A stretch of 51,395 nucleotides of DNA from Octopus sinensis (Eukaryota), in the NCBI RefSeq assembly GCF_006345805.1, contig NW_021836834.1, positions 1-51,395 of the forward strand, given 5' to 3'. The first letter of the stretch is position 1; the number at the start of each line of letters is the position of its first letter. A program made the position numbers and the translations under genes. Positions 47,957 through 51,395 of this stretch are shown piece after piece. The notes under the pieces were generated by a model. That model had not been told where the DNA came from and did not search any database. It worked only from the letters and a program-made list of their open reading frames with translations.

Positions 47957-48088
<132 letters not shown>

Positions 48089-48444
48089 ATTCCTATGATC
48101 AATACACAGCCATATCTACATTTGTATAAAATATAAATTAATAATGGTATCTTCTGGTTTTATCTCAATAATAAAAGTAACAAATAATCACTTTTATTCT
48201 CTCGCATTTATGGATTACACACAGAAGAAGAGACGATCATAGGGATTCTATCTTTATACAGCCATCACAAATTTTTATCATGGATTTATTCTACTTTTTC
48301 AGAGTTTTAGCTCAAATTTATACCCACACAGATATATGAATATCAATAATTTTTAAACAACATTTTCCTCATTCGATTTAAATGGCATTTTCTTCATTCG
48401 ATTTCCTCCACCGAAATTCATTCTTTCAACTTGATTTTCTGCCA

Positions 48445-48535
48445 TCTGGTTCGCCAGTCCTCAGTCAAACCGTCCAACCCATGCCAGCATGGAAACCAGA
48501 CATTAAACAATGATGATGATGATGATGTAGGATGA
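48445..48535 (+). mobile_element. Short RTE-type 3' tail
   Basis: gtcaaaccgtccaacccatgccagcatggaaa..attaaac(atg)n. Confidence 0.8.
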
Positions 48536-48536
48536 A

Positions 48537-49535
48537 TTCCAGAACTTTTGAGATTTTTTCAGAAGAGATGTTTGTTAATTTCAAATGTATACAAAACTCT
48601 AATCACCTTCAAAGTAAAGGTATCCAGCCTTTGTCACAGCTTCCTTCATCTTCTCAATGTCTTCAAACTGACTGTGCCTGAGATTCTCCCCTGTAGGCAG
48701 GTTGAAGGACAGAGTTTTGATGCCCATCTCTGTCACGTAGTTGGTTACCAAGAATGGAAATGTAGACTGGCACAAATGCTCCGACCTTTTGCAATCCTGA
48801 ACTCCCTCAAAACTTTCACTAAGTACTCTCTGTTGACCATCTGACCAAAGGTAATCCAGTGGTAGTAGATGATACCCTTGCTGTCAAAAAGGGGCTCATT
48901 ATGAGCTTCCCAGTGTACTTGCTTATCTGGCCTCTTGTGTCAGCAAAATGACAAATCCTGGGCTCACGCAGGTTAATCCATAAGCAGCCTGGAGTATTTC
49001 AGTAAGTTTTCTGTTATGTTTTTTGCTTAGTTTAACACAAGACTTTAATGCATAGCTAGCTTCCAAATTGTCCTCATACGCTGATTACATTCTTACTTCT
49101 TTATTGCCCACAAGGGGCTAAACATAGAGGAGACAAACAAGGACGGACAAAGGGGTTAAGTCGATTACATCGACCCCAGTGTGTACTAGTACTTAATTTA
49201 TCGACTCTGAAAGGATGAAAGGCAAAGCCGACCTCGGCGAAATTTGAACTCAGAACGTAGCGGCAAATGAAATAAGCATTTCACCTGGCATGCTAACGTT
49301 TCTGCCAGCCCACTGCCTTTCACCCTGATTACATTCTGCCAAACTTGTCAGCTGCAACAAGCAATGTTTAGTAGGATGTGTTCAAATTGCTGTTACAACT
49401 GTTTCCTTCATTCTGGAATAATAAAAGTCACTAATTAGACGCATAGTTTTGGTTTATTAAAATTACAATAATCTATAATATAGAATAGTTATAACTGCTT
49501 CTAAAAACTTTTTAAAACTTCTGGAATGCACTTTG
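48537..49535 (-). mobile_element. Mariner-like remnant with decayed TIRs
   Basis: Minus: DSKGIIYYHWITFGQMVNREYLVKVLREF; LVTNYVTEMGIK; TIRs tgaattccagaactttt vs reverse complement tgcattccagaagtttt. Confidence 0.75.
49094..49317 (-). mobile_element. SINE family A nested in the mariner remnant
   Basis: 13 bp TSD ctgattacattct at 49081-49093 and 49325-49337. Confidence 0.92.
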
Positions 49536-49845
49536 CGTGTGTGTGTGTGTGTGTGTGTGTGCATACTTTTATTAAAGCTGAAAAATTACAACTGTTCAAA
49601 GAATGGTGACGTGAAACTGAGTAAGTTTGTGAAAATTTTTTTCAGCTTAAATTTTGGCATTTGAATACTATTTTTTCCACCTTGTTTTGCATTTATTTGC
49701 TTACTCACAGGTATACACACACACACGCACATGAATGTGCGTGCATGTGTGTGTGCGTGTGTATGTGTGAGTGTGATTGTATAAGTGTGAATGTGTGTCC
49801 CTGAGTTTGTCCTGTCACTGCTTTGACTACCAGTTAATTTAGATA

Positions 49846-50823
49846 TGAGATGGTATCAAAAAGTTCCTGGTTTAGGTTTGTAGCACACCAACAAATTGCA
49901 GCATATGGTTGTGTGTGCAGTGAGAGTTAGCAGTAACTTTCCTGAGGCAGTGTGCCTAGCGACATCACTGTGTTTACTTTGCAAGTTCTGAAATTCATGT
50001 TTTTGTGATCACATGTATGCTGTAGTCTGTGAATTTTGTCATGGACAGAACAAAGACCCACGTGAAATTTTGCATTAAACTCAGCGTCTACCACACAGAC
50101 TTTGAGCATGCTCAGCAACAAAGCAATGGGTTGTACGCGCATATTTTGATGACTGGGTGCTTCAAAAGCAGAACATCTCTGGAAGACAATGAACAATCTG
50201 GAAGACCTGTCATGAACATCACACCTGGAAATGTGGTGAAAGTTCATCAACTTGTGCATGAGGATCGTTGGAGGACAATCAACAACATTATTGATGCCAA
50301 TCTTAATGTCTAAATCTATATAGCCAATCTTAACATCTACATTCTTCATGACAACGATGCCCCCTGTTACTGAGGTCTCCTTACTCATGAGTTTCTCACC
50401 AAAAACATGATATTGCTTCCATTCCACACTCACCCTATTCACCCAGTTTAGCACATGTGGACTTACATTTCTTCCTCAAGATGAAAATGTAATGCAAAGG
50501 TTGCTGTTTTAACACCATTGTCAAGATCAAGAGTGAATTGCAGATGGTCTTCTACTCACTTACAATGTGACTATTTTGAAGGAGATGATGTTAAAACTTA
50601 GGTAAATAGGTTAAAAGTTTGGTAAATTACTTTCTGTGCTGAGATACATCCTCTCTCCTCCATGGCCTTGATCGTGTAATGGTGTCTTTCCACAATCCCA
50701 TTTCTGCTCAGCTTGTATGCCACTCTGAAGAAGCAGAGTACATTCCACTTACCGAGCATCTCCTTCAGCATAACTTAGGTAAATAGGTTATAACTAGCCT
50801 TGGAACATTTTGATGCCACCTCC
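49846..50823 (+). mobile_element. Internally deleted mariner element with TIRs
   Basis: HVKFCIKL; FKSRTSLEDNEQSGRP..VHEDRWRTI; HDNDAP; TIR gagatggtatcaaaaagttcc / ggaacattttgatgccacctc. Confidence 0.85.
50614..50771 (-). mobile_element. 158 bp LTR-retrotransposon integrase (rve) fragment flanked by a 19 bp direct repeat
   Basis: MLKEMLGKWNVLCFFRVAYKLSRNGIVERHHYTIKAMEERG (NGxVER motif); aacttaggtaaataggtta at 50595-50613 and 50772-50790. Confidence 0.75.
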
Positions 50824-51038
50824 TACTGATGTGATCACAGTCAATCACAGATGTGCACTTGACCCTCCCACCTTTGACCAAATGGAATATCCAGTATATC
50901 ACTATGGAAGGATACCAGGGTAACACAAAACCTACACAAGTTCTTTTATTGATTTAGCCCAAAGTAATAAAAGACAAACTGATCTTACCAAGATTTGAAC
51001 TTCAACTTTTTCTCTCTCTTTTTCTGTCTCTTGTGTGT

Positions 51039-51085
<47 letters not shown>

Positions 51086-51395
51086 GTGTGTGTGTGTGAG
51101 TGTGTGTGTGTGTGTTCTCTCCTAGTCTCCAGTCATCATTCATAGTCATTTGTTATATATAATCAGCTAAGCCATTTAACTCAAATGGCAGCATATTTGA
51201 TCTGAAAATAAACCTTGTGTTTGTCCTATGTTTTACTGTCAGTTAAATAATCTACCATAGAGTCATCTGTCTGTCTGTTTTCTCTGCTTCTATCTCAGTG
51301 TCCTTTCTTCTTTTTAACTCTCTGTCTTTGTCTCTCTGTGTCTGTTGTGTCCTCCCCTCTCTCCCCACTCTCTTGTAGTTTGACACATTGTCTTT

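Overview
AT-rich, repeat-saturated eukaryotic DNA. The repeat repertoire resembles coleoid cephalopod (Octopus-like) intronic or intergenic sequence; that taxon is my inference. I recognise no intact host gene, and almost every listed ORF is a microsatellite translation or a retroelement fragment. The window contains: (i) a ~3 kb frameshifted Tx1/L1-clade LINE with an inverted 5' segment, plus an older copy; (ii) many RTE-clade fragments and (ATG)n tails, one with its 3' UTR expanded into a ~2.8 kb, 8-unit tandem array with higher-order structure; (iii) at least five R4/Dong-like (restriction-like endonuclease) fragments, most embedded in (TAA)n tracts together with an unclassified ~555 bp non-coding element; (iv) three tRNA-derived SINE families, labelled A, B and C here, with family A sharing its 3' tail with the Tx1 LINE; (v) Penelope-type minimal hammerhead motifs, including a head-to-head inverted tRNA-head/hammerhead element with a target duplication; (vi) Tc1/mariner, maT-like, pogo-like and piggyBac-like remnants and several foldbacks; (vii) one plausible host coding exon on the minus strand near 30.7 kb. 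Coordinates were read by eye and are approximate to a few bases unless a motif is quoted. Family names come from motif recognition, not database searches.
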